Shown: one piece after another, positions 32,490-46,832 of the stretch
Position numbering within the stretch: the stretch's first letter is position 1
Layout of the letters: every line of letters starts with the position of its first letter
Assembly: GCA_964016885.1 (NCBI GenBank)
Contig: OZ024745.1
Location: 56,978,001 to 57,042,000 of the forward strand
Length of the DNA stretch: 64,000 bases
Direction: 5' to 3'
Source: Eledone cirrhosa
Lineage: Eukaryota
Notes under the pieces: generated by a model
Databases searched by the model: none
Told to the model about the DNA's origin: nothing
The model's input: the letters and a program-made list of their open reading frames with translations, nothing else
Program-made: the position numbers and the translations under genes

Positions 32490-32725
32490 ACAAATCTAGT
32501 CTCTGATTGTTGGGTTTGGGAGTATTGTGCAGATTCGCTTAGCTACGTTAAAAGGGATGTTGGTACCGGTGTGTGATGGATGACAAGTCGTAAAAATGAG
32601 GTATTGTCAGGAGTTAATAGGTTTGAAATGTATGTCAGTGTCTAATGTTCTGTTTCTTTTTGTTATTAGGATATCTACAAAAGGAAGTTTTGTATTGATA
32701 AAATCCATAGTGAATTGGATATTCT
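32490..32725 (-). pseudogene. PLE reverse-transcriptase fragment (C-terminal/thumb region)
   Basis: Manual translation: QNIQFTMDFINTKLPFVDILITKRNRTLDTDIHFKPINS*QYLIFTTCHPSHTGTNIPFNVAKRICTI. This is the PLE FT..LPFLD..KPT..YL...HP..IPF pattern with an internal stop. Confidence 0.75.
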
Positions 32726-32962
32726 GTTTTATATCATTTGCGAAGGTTTGACATTTCCTTTGAAACCAGTAAAAGTAAATAAAAATATTAAAATAATCAA
32801 CAAATTACATAGTACGTCAATACAAAAACCTTTTCAAAAACCAAAAGGTCAGTCATTGCACTTTTCAAACCTTATTTTCCCTATAATAAATGATTTGTAA
32901 AGAAATTCCTAACGTTTTAACTTTTTCACTATATATATATATATGTGTGTGTATATATATAT

Positions 32963-33179
32963 AACGAAGGAAGTGAGGTAAGTAACCAGGTGGACCATAA
33001 CGCACCAAAGTGCTTGATACTAGTGCTTGATACTAGTAGAGTGGGTAATCGGAAAAGCGTCAGGATCCCGACGGCTGAGTACCGCCTGTATCGACCGCTA
33101 GGTCCGAACAATACAGCGTTAGTTCAGACCTAGCTGGCGAAACGGCCGGAGCTCAGCCGTCGGGGTCCTGACATTTTCC

Positions 33180-33181
<2 letters not shown>
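32963..33181. mobile_element. Fold-back family A, copy 6 (diverged subfamily)
   Basis: Same tail. Arms diverged, with gaaacggccggagctcagccgtc. (TA)n flanks. Confidence 0.7.
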
Positions 33182-33214
<33 letters not shown>

Positions 33215-33218
<4 letters not shown>

Positions 33219-33377
33219 CGTTTCTGAATTTGTTTAGCAAGATTCTTTATCTGAAATCGTGTGTTGAAACCGATATTGTTATACTTTGGGAGGGTCATGT
33301 TGCCAATAAGAAACACACGCACCAGTGTGTTTCTGGTGCGTGTGTTTCTTATTGGCAACATGACCCTCCCAAAGTAT

Positions 33378-33383
<6 letters not shown>
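33215..33383. mobile_element. Mini fold-back of the Neptune PLE pLTR end
   Basis: Arms ttgttatactttgggagggtcatg...cgcaccag inverted, with the same ~60-nt tail. (TA)n on both sides. Confidence 0.85.
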
Positions 33384-33413
<30 letters not shown>

Positions 33414-33771
33414 ATTGACAATAACAACATATCTGTTTGAATCAAGAATGAACTTTGATGTGACTATCACTTTACAACCCCTTCTGGGTCTTGTACGGAA
33501 CACTCTCTAGACTTCTCTGCCCTTGAGAAGCCCTGTTCGGACGAAACGTACGTAGGTGCTTTTGTATAGACATGTTCTAACAGTCTGTATTCTCCTTTGT
33601 AATCATTTCATTTGTAACCGCTCTGGTTATATTCTCGCCTGCTAAATATTAACGCTTCCGATATTTAATCCTGTAGGCACAAGTATTGAGCACAAATGAC
33701 CCAGCTTTTGGCAATTAACTTTTGGCATTGCTTATCCCTTTAAACCGCTACACTCTCGCGCTTCGTAAATA

Positions 33772-34152
<381 letters not shown>

Positions 34153-34853
34153 TGAAATGGAAATGGAGCTTTCAGCGTAATTTTTGAGTAAATAAAATAG
34201 TCTAATAAATAGGCGTATGAGGCCACTGAACAGAAAAAGATGGATATCAGCACACATGTTCTGATACCTATCTTTTTCACTTCAGTGGCTTTATAGACCC
34301 CGTCAGCAGACTTTTCTTTCGTCAAAGATTTACGGTGAAGCCTCCTATTTCAATTTAATTTCCGCTCGCCGCTTTCTAAACATACTTCGTTTAGTGTTTG
34401 TGCATTACTGACATGTGGAGATATATCAAACAGCTGTTGTCACGTGTAGCACGGATCTGGATATCAGCTGCATCCACCGAAAAGATTGACCCCGCCGTCT
34501 TCCTTTAGCCGAAAAGTGCTAGCAGTTTTGATTTGCTTCGTGACAATGGTGAAGTGGTCCTTTCGTGGAGACGTCAAAAGGGGCTGAAAAAAAGCAAATT
34601 CCTCTTCGGCAAAGCCCTGATTAACTTGTTTCTGGTTTCATATGATGAGGTAGGGTGGAGATGGAAGTGGTACCTTCCAAGCAATTTGCTAAAGTATGGA
34701 TGTGGAAATCGAGCATGGGTCGAGTGAATGGGCCTACTCTGGTGATTCACATTTAGATTGAAGATGGAGAACTGGGGGAGACCACTTGCCCAGGGTTGGG
34801 GTTGTATGTATATATATATACATATGTGTGTGTGTATATATATATATATAGGT

Positions 34854-34910
<57 letters not shown>

Positions 34911-34917
<7 letters not shown>

Positions 34918-35451
34918 AATGAATAATAATAGGTAGACATCATAAAAAGGTAGTTTATTCCGTGTGCTTACAAGTGTTTCCACGGTGGTACTGCAGCCTA
35001 GTTCCGCTACGTGCAAATTCACAAGTATTTGCAGAACTCGAATATCCAATGCTGTGACCACTTTTCTCTACTTTTCTCTCTTCCTGTTCCACTCTATCTT
35101 CCCCAACAACCCCACTTAAGGGTTTTTACATTGTATATTTACCATTCTGCTCTGAGGAAACAGTGGTCACAGCATTGGATATTCGAGTTCTGCAAATACT
35201 TGTGAATTTGCACGTAGCGGAACTAGGCTGCAGTACCACCGTGGAAACACTTGTAAGCACACGGAATAAACTACCTTTTTATGATGTCTACCTGTTATTA
35301 TTCATTCTTTATATACACTCCGGAATACTGAAGGATCAGGAACTAAGTTTCTTGAACAATTCTTCCATAACTCGTAGAGTAACCTCTTACCGTACGTCAA
35401 CCATATCCAGTGTAGTAATTAACCATCACTGCATCTTGGATAATCCTATAC

Positions 35452-35455
<4 letters not shown>
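34911..35455. mobile_element. Large fold-back pLTR-like element with extended HHR
   Basis: Inverted arms of ~150 bp (34911-35061 / 35162-35313), a ~140-nt tail and (TA)n flanks. HHR at 35148-35259. Confidence 0.75.
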
Positions 35456-35536
<81 letters not shown>

Positions 35537-35799
35537 GTGTTTGTGTATATATATATATATGTATATAAATATATACATATATATATATACATATATATAT
35601 GGTGGCTGCCAACTCGTTTTCGAGTACGGCCACTACTTTATATCCATGTAGGAGAACACCTACCGATGCGCTGAACGAATGTGACCCAACCATGAGACAG
35701 GTTGTACTGGGATACACTGTTACATATATATATACGTATATACATACGTATATATATATATATGTATACATATATATACGTATATATATATGTATACAT

Positions 35800-36380
35800 A
35801 TGATGGCTGCCAACTTGTTTTCGAGTATGGCCACTACTTTATATCCATGTAGGAGAACCCCTACCGATGCGCTGAACGAGTGTGACTTTTTAGTCCAGCC
35901 AGCAACTTGTAAAATCTGGTACAAACACTACACTTTCGACAATTATTGACACATAGTGCTGGGCCCATGGTACCATGTAACGACAAGAGCAAAGAGATCT
36001 CCAGATATAAAGCAATGCCTGTGCCGTGAAGCTTTTATAGTGAGCAAAGGCACTGCACAAAGCCAGTCCCACTCTCTTAACCAAGATGATATTTACCAAA
36101 AAGAAGAACAAGTCAACATCATTGGATACCATCAGGGTTGCAGGTGTTATATCAGAGTTTTCTTTCTCCTAGAATTCTGCCCTGACAAAGGCTAAGGGGT
36201 CATCTCTCCCGGTGATTTTGGATGGCCATTGGCTCTTAAGAGCTCCTTTGACAGGTTTTGTTTTTAGTCCTGCAGGATGTCCAAAGTCACCCTCCTCACC
36301 AAGAAACCTTGGTGGGTTTGCCAGTTTAGTCGCCAACGACCCGACCATGAGACAGGTTGTAGTGGGATACATGTTACCAT
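35800..36380 (-). mobile_element. RTE-derived non-autonomous (bipartite SINE-like) element
   Basis: The 3' end ggccatactcgaaaacaagttggcagccatcat resembles the RTE 3' end at 50141-50172. An internally deleted copy lies at 35599-35722. Confidence 0.6.
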
Positions 36381-36497
36381 GTATACATATATATATATAC
36401 GTATATATATATATATATGTGTGTATATATGTATACACACATATATACATATATATATATATATATATATGTGTGTGTATACATATATACATATATG

Positions 36498-36533
<36 letters not shown>

Positions 36534-36667
36534 TATATGTGTGTATGTATATGTGTATATATATATATGTATATATATATATGTATGTATGCATATATAT
36601 ATATATATGTATGTGTATATATATGTATATATATATATATACATATATATATGTATATATATATATG

Positions 36668-36716
<49 letters not shown>

Positions 36717-36891
36717 TTATCTATATATATATATATATATAGTAATAATACTAAATTTGAAGACTAAGTATATCAAATATATAAGAACAGTAGACCATCT
36801 ATTTATTATAAGAACAGATTAAAGCTTAAGCAAGGAATCGCTGCTTTCACCCTTAACCGGATCTTCTGTGTATATATATATATGTATACAC

Positions 36892-36967
<76 letters not shown>

Positions 36968-36973
<6 letters not shown>

Positions 36974-37633
36974 TTGAGGTTGGTAATGGCACATGGAATA
37001 TATAGGAGACAGAATACTTTTTTGTGAAAAAACATATAATTTTATAAGGTAAGGAAATAATAAAGGCTATAAAAAATGACCGGTTTCGATGGGTCTGCAA
37101 AAGCCATCTTTTCAAATGTTGATTAATATTAAGAAAAATTAATAATAAGAAGAGTTAAAATTTGAGATTTGAAAATTCAAGTATAAAATTCATTGTGGGA
37201 TTTCATAGTAGTTTTATTCGTTGTCAGACCATGCCTTTGTGTGACCAACACATCCATGTTAAACCCTACACGTGCACACACATATATCTATATATATATA
37301 TGCGCACACAGAATTCACCACTGTCGGTTACGGAACCCAATCTACATGAAGAACTCAATGTGATCAGAATGACTTGTATTTTAATTTCACTGTCCTAACT
37401 TCTTATATTATGGAAAAAATATATGTGTATGTATGTATATATATATATTTGCAGGCCATTTCTCTATGTGTGTGGGTGTATGTATGTATATGTGTGTGTG
37501 TGTGTATGTGTGTGCATGTGGATGTATGTATTGTGTGTGCGTGTGTGTGTGTGTGTATGTATGTGTGTATCTGGATGTATGCGTATGTGTATATATATGT
37601 GTGTGTGTGTGTATATATATGTGTGTGTATGTG

Positions 37634-37664
<31 letters not shown>

Positions 37665-37774
37665 TTGTATGTGTGTGTGTATATATATGTGTGTGTGTGT
37701 ATGTATGTGTGGGTGTGTGTGTATATATATATATATGTGTATGTATATATGTGTGTATATATGTGTATGTACAC

Positions 37775-37810
<36 letters not shown>

Positions 37811-38555
37811 ATGTATGTGTGTATCTGGATGTATGTGTATGTATATATATGTGTGTGTATATATATATGTGTGTGTATGTGTATATATGTGTGTGTGTAT
37901 GTGTGTATGTATATGTATGTGTGTATGTGTGTATGTGTATATGTCAGGTCACCAGTTGGTGCTACTGGTAACATGTATCCCAGTACAACCTGTCTTATGG
38001 TCGGGCCGTTGGCGACTAAACTGGCAACCCCACCAAGGTTTCTTGGTGAGGAGGGTGACTTTGGACATCCTGCAGGACTAAAAACAAAACCTGTCAAAGG
38101 GCAAAGGGGCTCTTAAGTGTCAATGGCCATCCAAAATCACCGGGAGAGATGACCCCTTAGCCTTTGTTAAGGCAGAATTCTAGGAGAAGGAAAACTCTGA
38201 TATAACACCTGCAACCCTGATGGTATCCAATGATGTTGACTTGTTCTTCTTTTTGGTAAATATCATCTTGGTTAAGAGAGTGGGACTGTCTTTGTGCAGC
38301 GCCTTTGCTCACTATACAAGCTTCACGGCACAGGCATTGCTTTATATCTGGAGATCTCTCTGCACTTGTCATCACATGGTTCAATGGGCCCAGCACTGTG
38401 TGTCAGTAATTGTCACAAGTGTAGTGTTTGTACCAGAGTTTTCTAGTCGCTGGCTGGACTAAAAAGTCACACTCGTTCAGCGCATCGGTAGGGGTTCTCC
38501 TACATGGATATAAATTAGGGGCCATACTCGAAAACGAGTTGGCAGCCACCATATG

Positions 38556-38620
<65 letters not shown>

Positions 38621-39176
38621 ATGTATATGTATATGTATGTATGTGTGGATGAAGTGATGTGTGTATATATAGGTGTAAGTGCACTAAATCCCTTTCTATC
38701 ACTCTCCCCTCTCCCACTGATCACAGGGAGATATATGTATGTATATATCTCCACCCCCTCACTGAACAGCAGATGGCCATCTGGCCATTGCTAAATCTGA
38801 CCTTTATAAAGTAACCCACACCCCCAAATAACTCCTCATTCACTACCAGAAAGTCACACAGCAGTCAGCTTGCTGCTACCAAGATGAAAACTACTATGAA
38901 ATCCCACAATGAATTTTATACTTGAATTTTCAAATCTCAAATTTTAACTCTTCTTATTATTAATTTTTATTAATTTTTCTTAATATTAATCAACATTTCA
39001 AAAGATGGCTTTTGCAGACCCATCGAAACCGGTCATTTTTTATACCCTTTAATATTTCCTTACCTTATAAGATTATATGTTTTTTCACAAAAAAGTATTC
39101 TGTCTCTTATATATTCCATGTGCCATTACCAACCTCAATTTTCTCTATAACCTTCGTTTTGTGTAGAAAATTACAC

Positions 39177-39181
<5 letters not shown>
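36968..39181. mobile_element. Fold-back pLTR-like element with nested insertions
   Basis: Inverted arms of ~250 bp (36968-37215 / 38886-39147) and a ~34-nt tail. Degenerate HHR GATGG..CCATC-GAAA-CCGG-TC. Confidence 0.65.
37945..38552 (+). mobile_element. RTE-derived non-autonomous element (inverted relative to 35800-36380)
   Basis: Collinear reverse complement of 35800-36380. Confidence 0.65.
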
Positions 39182-39237
<56 letters not shown>

Positions 39238-39279
39238 CATATGTATATATATATATATATATATACATGTACATACATG

Positions 39280-39316
<37 letters not shown>

Positions 39317-39791
39317 GTATGGGTTTACCGAACATTTATTATAATGTTCGGTTTGTTTGTAAACAAACAGCCCGAATTAAGCTATACAGTGTTCGGCAAC
39401 CATCGTTGCCATTTTGTTCAACACTGACAAAGAACGATGAACTAGTTTCGAATTTCTTACCTGTCATCAGCAATCTATACCTTTCTGTCATATGATTGAA
39501 CGTTTGAAAGTATATACTTTCCTTATGCATAGTAACAGCTGAGAAGCCTGATTTGCATATCCAGTGAATTAGTCGGCCGGGCGCACTGAAAACGATAAAT
39601 GAAAAAATGAAATTTCATTTCTCGTTCTGAGTACGGCTGATACTTAAATTAAAGTATCAGCCGTACTATGAGAGAGAAATGAAATTTCATTTTTTCATGT
39701 TTTCCATTTATAAATATATATATATAGTATATTGCTCTGATTATTTAATTTATTAATTCATCATTGAGCCACATCGTTAATGGTTGCCAAA

Positions 39792-39901
<110 letters not shown>

Positions 39902-40529
39902 TATATATATATATGACTTTGTCTTGTTAGTGTATATGTAAATCTTTATATTTGATAATCTCCCACAAGGTTAAGATGCAATTTAGGCAACATTGGGCTG
40001 TGTCTTTAGCAACCAGCCCACTCGCCGTAAGGCACCACTCACATTCTTTCTGACTTGCCCACTGACACGTCACAGTTCTTAACCATTTTGAATTCGTTTA
40101 TGGCGGGGATCATTTAAGAAAAATCTTCGTCCAAGTGAGTTTGTTTCCTGATGATTTCGAAGCTCGAGAATTTATCCTTGATCGGATATTTCCAAAAGAC
40201 AATGAAATCGCAAGGGGTAGAAACGTAATCCTGGTATGTTTATATACATTTTTTCTTCTAACTTTAATTTTATATCTAATTGTGTTATACCTAATTGTGT
40301 TGACGATATATTTAATCGGTTTCCACGTGCTATTGAAATGGTGGGTAAAAATTCTATAGCTGTTGATCGCGAATAGATGGGTATCGTTTATTTATCTATT
40401 ATTTCTTCATAGGTAACTTTTAATCTTATAGCCTGCTTTCATTGTTTTTTTTTGTGTGGTTGATTATGCTGATTGGGAGAGGAAATGGTGTATATATCTT
40501 ATCAAACGGTTCTATGGACATAATTTATA

Positions 40530-40721
<192 letters not shown>

Positions 40722-40828
40722 TGAAGTTTCCGTTAAAAACAGAAACAGTCATAGGAGTGAAGAGAGCAAAGTTTAATTTATAAAAAACAACAATACAATA
40801 TAATTACCTAATTACCAGAGGTTTCCCG

Positions 40829-41406
<578 letters not shown>

Positions 41407-41417
41407 GTATATATATA

Positions 41418-43080
41418 TCTTAGTCTTAGATACTTCCGCGCCGTTCGGCGCATCGAGCAATAAGTACTCGCCAACGGTCACGATCAGCGGCAACTTTTTC
41501 GCGACCGTGCCAGGTGATGTTGGCTGCCATCAGGTCCTTCCGGAACGTTCGTCGCCAGGTGATCCTTGGGCAACCCTGCCTCCGTTTACCGCCAGGTGGA
41601 GTCCAGTTCATCGCTATTTTCGAATGCCGTTCATTGGCAGACGCAGAATATGGCCAGCCAGATGGCACCGACGTGACCACTCTCTGTAGCGTCCACGACT
41701 CGGCTCTCTGCAGGATCTCTTCGTTTCGCACTCGGTAACGCCAGGGCACACGCAGGATCTTTCGCAGGCACCGCTGGTGGAAAGCGTTCAGCCGGCTCTC
41801 TATTTTTGCCGTACTCTTCCAGGTCTAAATCGCATAAAGCACTGTCGGTAGTACGATGCTCTTGTACAGGCAGAACTTGGTATTGGTGCTAATGAATGAA
41901 GACGATCAGACTGGGCACATCCGCTGGAAAACTGTGGCTCCTTTGCCGATCCGACAGTTGATGTCGAGCTCCGTGTCGCCTCTGCTTGTCAGGATGCTGC
42001 CCAGATAGGTGAAGTGATCGACTTCCTCGAGGTCCTGTTGGATGACTCTGATCACTGGACCTGTGTTGCTGGCGTTTCTCATGACCTCGGTCTTTTTAAT
42101 GTTGATTCTCATGCCGATCTATCCGTACTCTCTTGTAGGGATGTTGTTAGAGCCTGCAGATATGCACTGTTTTCAGCGATCAAAGCAATGTCGTCGGCGA
42201 ATGCCAGGTCCCTCAGCCTCGACTGCCCTCTCCATGGGATTCCTTGACCGGGTCCTTCATCCATTCGCCTTAGTACGAAATCGGCTGCAAGCAGGAACAA
42301 CATTGGAAAGAAAATGCAACCCTGTCTGACTCCGGACAGAATGTCAAAGAACTCCGTTACACTGGACTCAGTCCGCACGCAGCAGCTGGAGTTTTCATAC
42401 AGGGCCTTGAAATGGCGATGAATCTTGCAGGAATGCCGTACAGTTGCGCAACATTCCACAGCGACTCCCGGTGTACACTGTCGAATGCCTTCTGGAAATC
42501 AATAAAATTGACCGCCAAAGGTTGTTATAGCTCAACGCATTGTTCGAGAATGTTGCGTAGTGTAAAGATCTGTTCCGTGCAAGATCGATTTTTTCGGAAG
42601 CCGGCTTGTTCCTCCCGGATCACAGAGTCGACAGCCTGCCGGAGTCGACGCAGCAGCACAGTGCAGAACGCCTTGCCTGGGACTGACAGCAATGTGATAC
42701 TACGCCAGTTGTTGCAGTCTGCCAGGTTTTCTTTCTTCGACAGTTTGACGATGACACCGCGCTGCAACTCAAGGGGAACCCGACCAACCCTCTAGCAGTG
42801 ATCCATCAAGTCTGTCAACGCTGTTATCGTGCTCTCCTCACCGAATTTGAGCAGCTCAGCAGAGATCTCGTCCAGTCCGCCTGCTTTGCCTTTCCTCAAG
42901 GGGCTAATCGCATCTCTCGTCTCTTGCTTGGTGATATGGTCCTCGCAGACTTTGAGTACGTCAGTGGTTGGTGGAGTCTCTGCGGTCAAGTCTATCAGGG
43001 CGACCGGTTTTGATTGGTTCAGCGTCTCCCGGAAGTGGTCCATCCATCTCTGCTCCTGTTCCGCTCTAGTGGCCAACGTC
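41418..43080 (-). mobile_element. 5'-truncated, frameshifted RTE-clade LINE
   Basis: Fragments GKAGGLDEISAELLK, NWRSITLLSVPGK, QAGFRKNRSCTEQIFTLR, GVRQGC, LAFADDI, FTYLGS and [18 protein letters not shown]. Short tandem 3' tail (ctaaga). Confidence 0.92.
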
Positions 43081-43579
43081 TTATATATCTATATACATAC
43101 ATGCATATATATATACATATATATATATATCATTTGTTTATAACCTGGATATAACAAAGAGTTTATCAAGCAAACCATGTTCCCTTTGAGCCAACAATTG
43201 AACGAGCATCAACAATATCAAAAAGTTGCTCTGTGTAATATATTCTAGAAAATAGTGTTCGTTTCACGTGAGAACAACACATTAATTCTTACACTTATAT
43301 ACAATAGATTAACATAGATATGATGTGAAATCACAAAGCATTATGATTACGTAGAACGTTGACCTTACCAACCTACACATGCATACACAATCACACATGC
43401 TAGTGATTCTAGAGACAAAAGACCCACAAATATTCATTCAAACACCTAATATAATATTCCTCGTATAAACTATACATATAAACGGACATCTATAAGCAAC
43501 CAGAGAGACGCATATATATATGTAAACAAACACGTATATGTGTACACACACACACAATCATACACATACACACACACAC

Positions 43580-43625
<46 letters not shown>

Positions 43626-43626
<1 letters not shown>

Positions 43627-43842
43627 GTAATAATAATAAATTTGAAGACTAAAATCGAAAGAGGGCTCGATAACGATAAATATATATCAAATATATAAGA
43701 ACCCTAGAGCAAATATTTATTAGAATAATAGATTAAAATTTAAGCAAAGAATCGCTGCTTTCACCTTTAACGGGATCTTCTGAAACAGAAGATCCCGTTA
43801 AGGGTGAAGGCAGCGATTCTTTGCTTAAACTTTAATCTGTTA

Positions 43843-43849
<7 letters not shown>
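43626..43849. mobile_element. Fold-back element, family J
   Basis: Palindrome centred on cttctgaaacagaag, with a ~100-nt tail and (TA)n flanks. Partial copies at 705-732, 36741-36868 and 56060-56263. Confidence 0.7.
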
Positions 43850-43914
<65 letters not shown>

Positions 43915-44659
43915 TATACCTATATCCCCGTAGAGATTCATGAACGGAGATGCATTGTTATATGATGTGTTCAAGATATATGACGGGATGTGTTTCAACC
44001 GGACACAGAAGATCGGTACAAGTTCTTCTGGGTAGGTAGAAACGATTATTAGAAGAGCGATACGTAATATAATTGTAGTAGTCAAAAGATGAGAAAGTAT
44101 AAGAAACGTTTGAGTAGGCTTAGCTAATACAATTGCTTCTATTCTATCTATATATATTTCATTTGTAAGTGGATGTATTTGTAAGTGGATGTATTTGTAA
44201 GGGAATAAAATATCTCTTGTATGGGCTTCATCTGCGGAAAAACTCGATGGCGAATGACGAATATTAGTTTTCTTTCTGGTGTCTTTAATTGATATCTTGG
44301 CTAACACCAGGGTGGATTCCAGTATGTGAAATGATGATTTGCACTTCGTGGGAAAATTAAGAGTTATATAGGTTCCTTCTGTCTGTGGTGCAACTTATTT
44401 GCCATTCTATATCCCAAACTTCAGGAAACAGACCAAATAGTTGGTCCTCGAACACATAATCGAGATTGACTCTTCTCGCCAAAAAATGCGACATGCAGAT
44501 GATCGAAAATACTAAAATATTCAATGGGCATGAAGGTCCCCCACCCCACACCACCAACACCACGACCACCAGCAATATATTGCAGATGAAAGATAAGGAG
44601 ACATACTGGATGAAGCGAATGACAAGGTGAATGAAGAAGTAGTACGTATAACATAGATG

Positions 44660-45440
44660 ATATGTGGGAACTCCTTCAAGACAAACTACTGAAGGCCTCA
44701 GACGAGTGCTGCGGACGGAGGCAGGTGAGCTAGACAGAGGGTTTCCTGGCAGTTGAATAGTAATGTAGATATAGCCATAAAATCAGAGATGAGCTTGAAT
44801 TGCCTGGATGTACTAGGAAAGAATACCAATTAGCTAGGAGAGTGACTAAGCTCCAGTTTAGTAAGAACGGAAGCAGATGTAAGAGTATGAGAAAGATATA
44901 TGGTTTGGCGATCAGAGGTGCAAAGAGGTCGCAAGACTGCGTACATGAGAGAATCAAGTTGTTTTGGTAAGTTTGTATGGATGGATAGCAGCTCACTTAA
45001 TCTAATGCTGAATGAAGGAAATGTTTGGGAGACTGGGGGTCTACCCGAACTAAATCCAATCGAGGGACAAGCTGTAGTAGATAAAACAATTAAAGACAAG
45101 AATGCAGAGAAGACAGCAGGTCCGTTTGGGAATTGTTACTGTGATGGTTAAACTATCCGTAGAGCAGGACACAGGTTAGTCAGTTGTTTAATAATTCGGG
45201 TTGCAACCTCCTTGCCAACTGCAACTAATGTAAAAGGGATGTGGTAGTCTGAGACAATTACAGATTTATTAAATTGTATCAATATATGAATGTTACAGAA
45301 AAGGGTTATTTAAAAATTGAAAATTAAAGGTAATGGGATGCAATTTGGCTTCACACCCATGAAAGGTGTTCCTGAGGCGTTCGGCCTAGTGAGGGAACTG
45401 AAGAAAAGTATATTGCTAACATTAAGTTAAGGAAAAACCT
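44660..45440 (+). mobile_element. Heavily decayed RTE-like LINE remnant
   Basis: Peptide traces WELLQDKLLKASDECCG, IKDKNAEKTAGP and MQFGFTP. Confidence 0.5.
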
Positions 45441-45878
45441 TGACATGTGCAAGATCAATTTATCACGCAGCTTCTCACGCCATGAAGACACTACTTATGT
45501 AAGCTCATATCTTCTACATACGCTCAATATAATTCTAGAAATTAAATATTACTTTTCAAAGTTAGGCTCATTGAGTAAACCATTTCATTCCCAGAGATAC
45601 ATTCACTTCACCAATTATAATTTTTATAGATACACATGACCTTCCACTAGAAATTTCGCAAAATCTCATTCGGAAGCTCTACACGTTATATGTAGAATGT
45701 GGCTAGCAAAATCGCTCTGATCCCAGAGAAAATATAAAATATACTAGGAAATATTACGCTAGACGTCCCCAAACTAATGAACAAAGCTTATTAATTGTTT
45801 CTCCTTTGACTAAAATAACATATGAACATCCTTTGCAGATTTCTTTATTGTTTCCTAAATTCTAAGTAAGATATATAT

Positions 45879-46832
45879 TCTATATATATAATAAATATAT
45901 ATATATATATAAAACTGAGGATGTCTGTCTTTGTGTGTGTGAGCTTGAATGCCTAAAACTCGAGAAAGACCCAACCGACTCTTTTCAAACTTTACACATG
46001 TAATATTTATGTTTCAGGGAGTGTGTTCTGAGCAGAAAAAATTTCAAATTTTCAATGCCCTAGGGACCGCATTAGGCGATTTAGCGATCTCTCTCTATAA
46101 TTCTTAGTCTTTCTCTTTTTAGATAGATACATACATATAACGTCGTGCCCTTATAATATCTGTCTGTATGTCTGACTGTCTGCTTACGTCACTTCCCTAA
46201 GGATGTCTGTCTGTGTGCGTGCGTGTGTCTGTGAGTTTGAATCCTTAAAACTCGAGAAATACCGAACCGAGTTTTTTCAAACTTTACATGTGTATTACTT
46301 ATGTTTCAGGGAGTGTTATGCACATAAAACTTTTTCAACTTTTTGATTCCCCAGGGCCCGCATTAGATGAAAAAATGCGTCTTTTTCAGGTTTTGGGGGT
46401 TTTCTTAGGCGTTACGTCAGACAGATTTCCTTGAAATTGTAACTATATATTAGTCAGTCGCTTCCTCATACCGTGAGCAAAGAAAATCCAACTTTTTTAT
46501 GGCCTAGGGCCCGCATTAGGTGAAAAACTTCATTTCTTCAGCTTTGTAGGGCTTTTTTGAGGCGTTATGTCTAGCCCATTTTCCCGAAATTTCAAGGCAT
46601 ATTATGCACATAAAACAAATTCATTTTCTTGATCCCCTAGGGCCCGCATTAGGTGAAAACCTGCATTTTCCTGCTTCATCGAGAAAAATCTTAAAGATTA
46701 TCCAGCCATCAGAGTATTCGGTTTCTTTTCTTTTGCATATTGTCCAGGCATGCACATTTTCCACGATTAGGTCTGTTGGCGGCCAGCGTTCCAAAATACC
46801 TTATCATGTGCAACGTCGGGTACCACTGCTAG
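45879..46832 (+). mobile_element. Non-autonomous Helitron
   Basis: 5' TC-tatata..aaaa followed by (GTCT)-rich sequence. Internal repeats containing cctaggg(a/c)ccgcattag. 3' gtgcaacgtcggg..CTAG|T. Confidence 0.65.

Noticed and set aside
43930-44150. Possible CR1-like LINE trace (VETIIRRAIR..KKRLSRLS)
   Set aside because: Too degenerate to support without a profile search.
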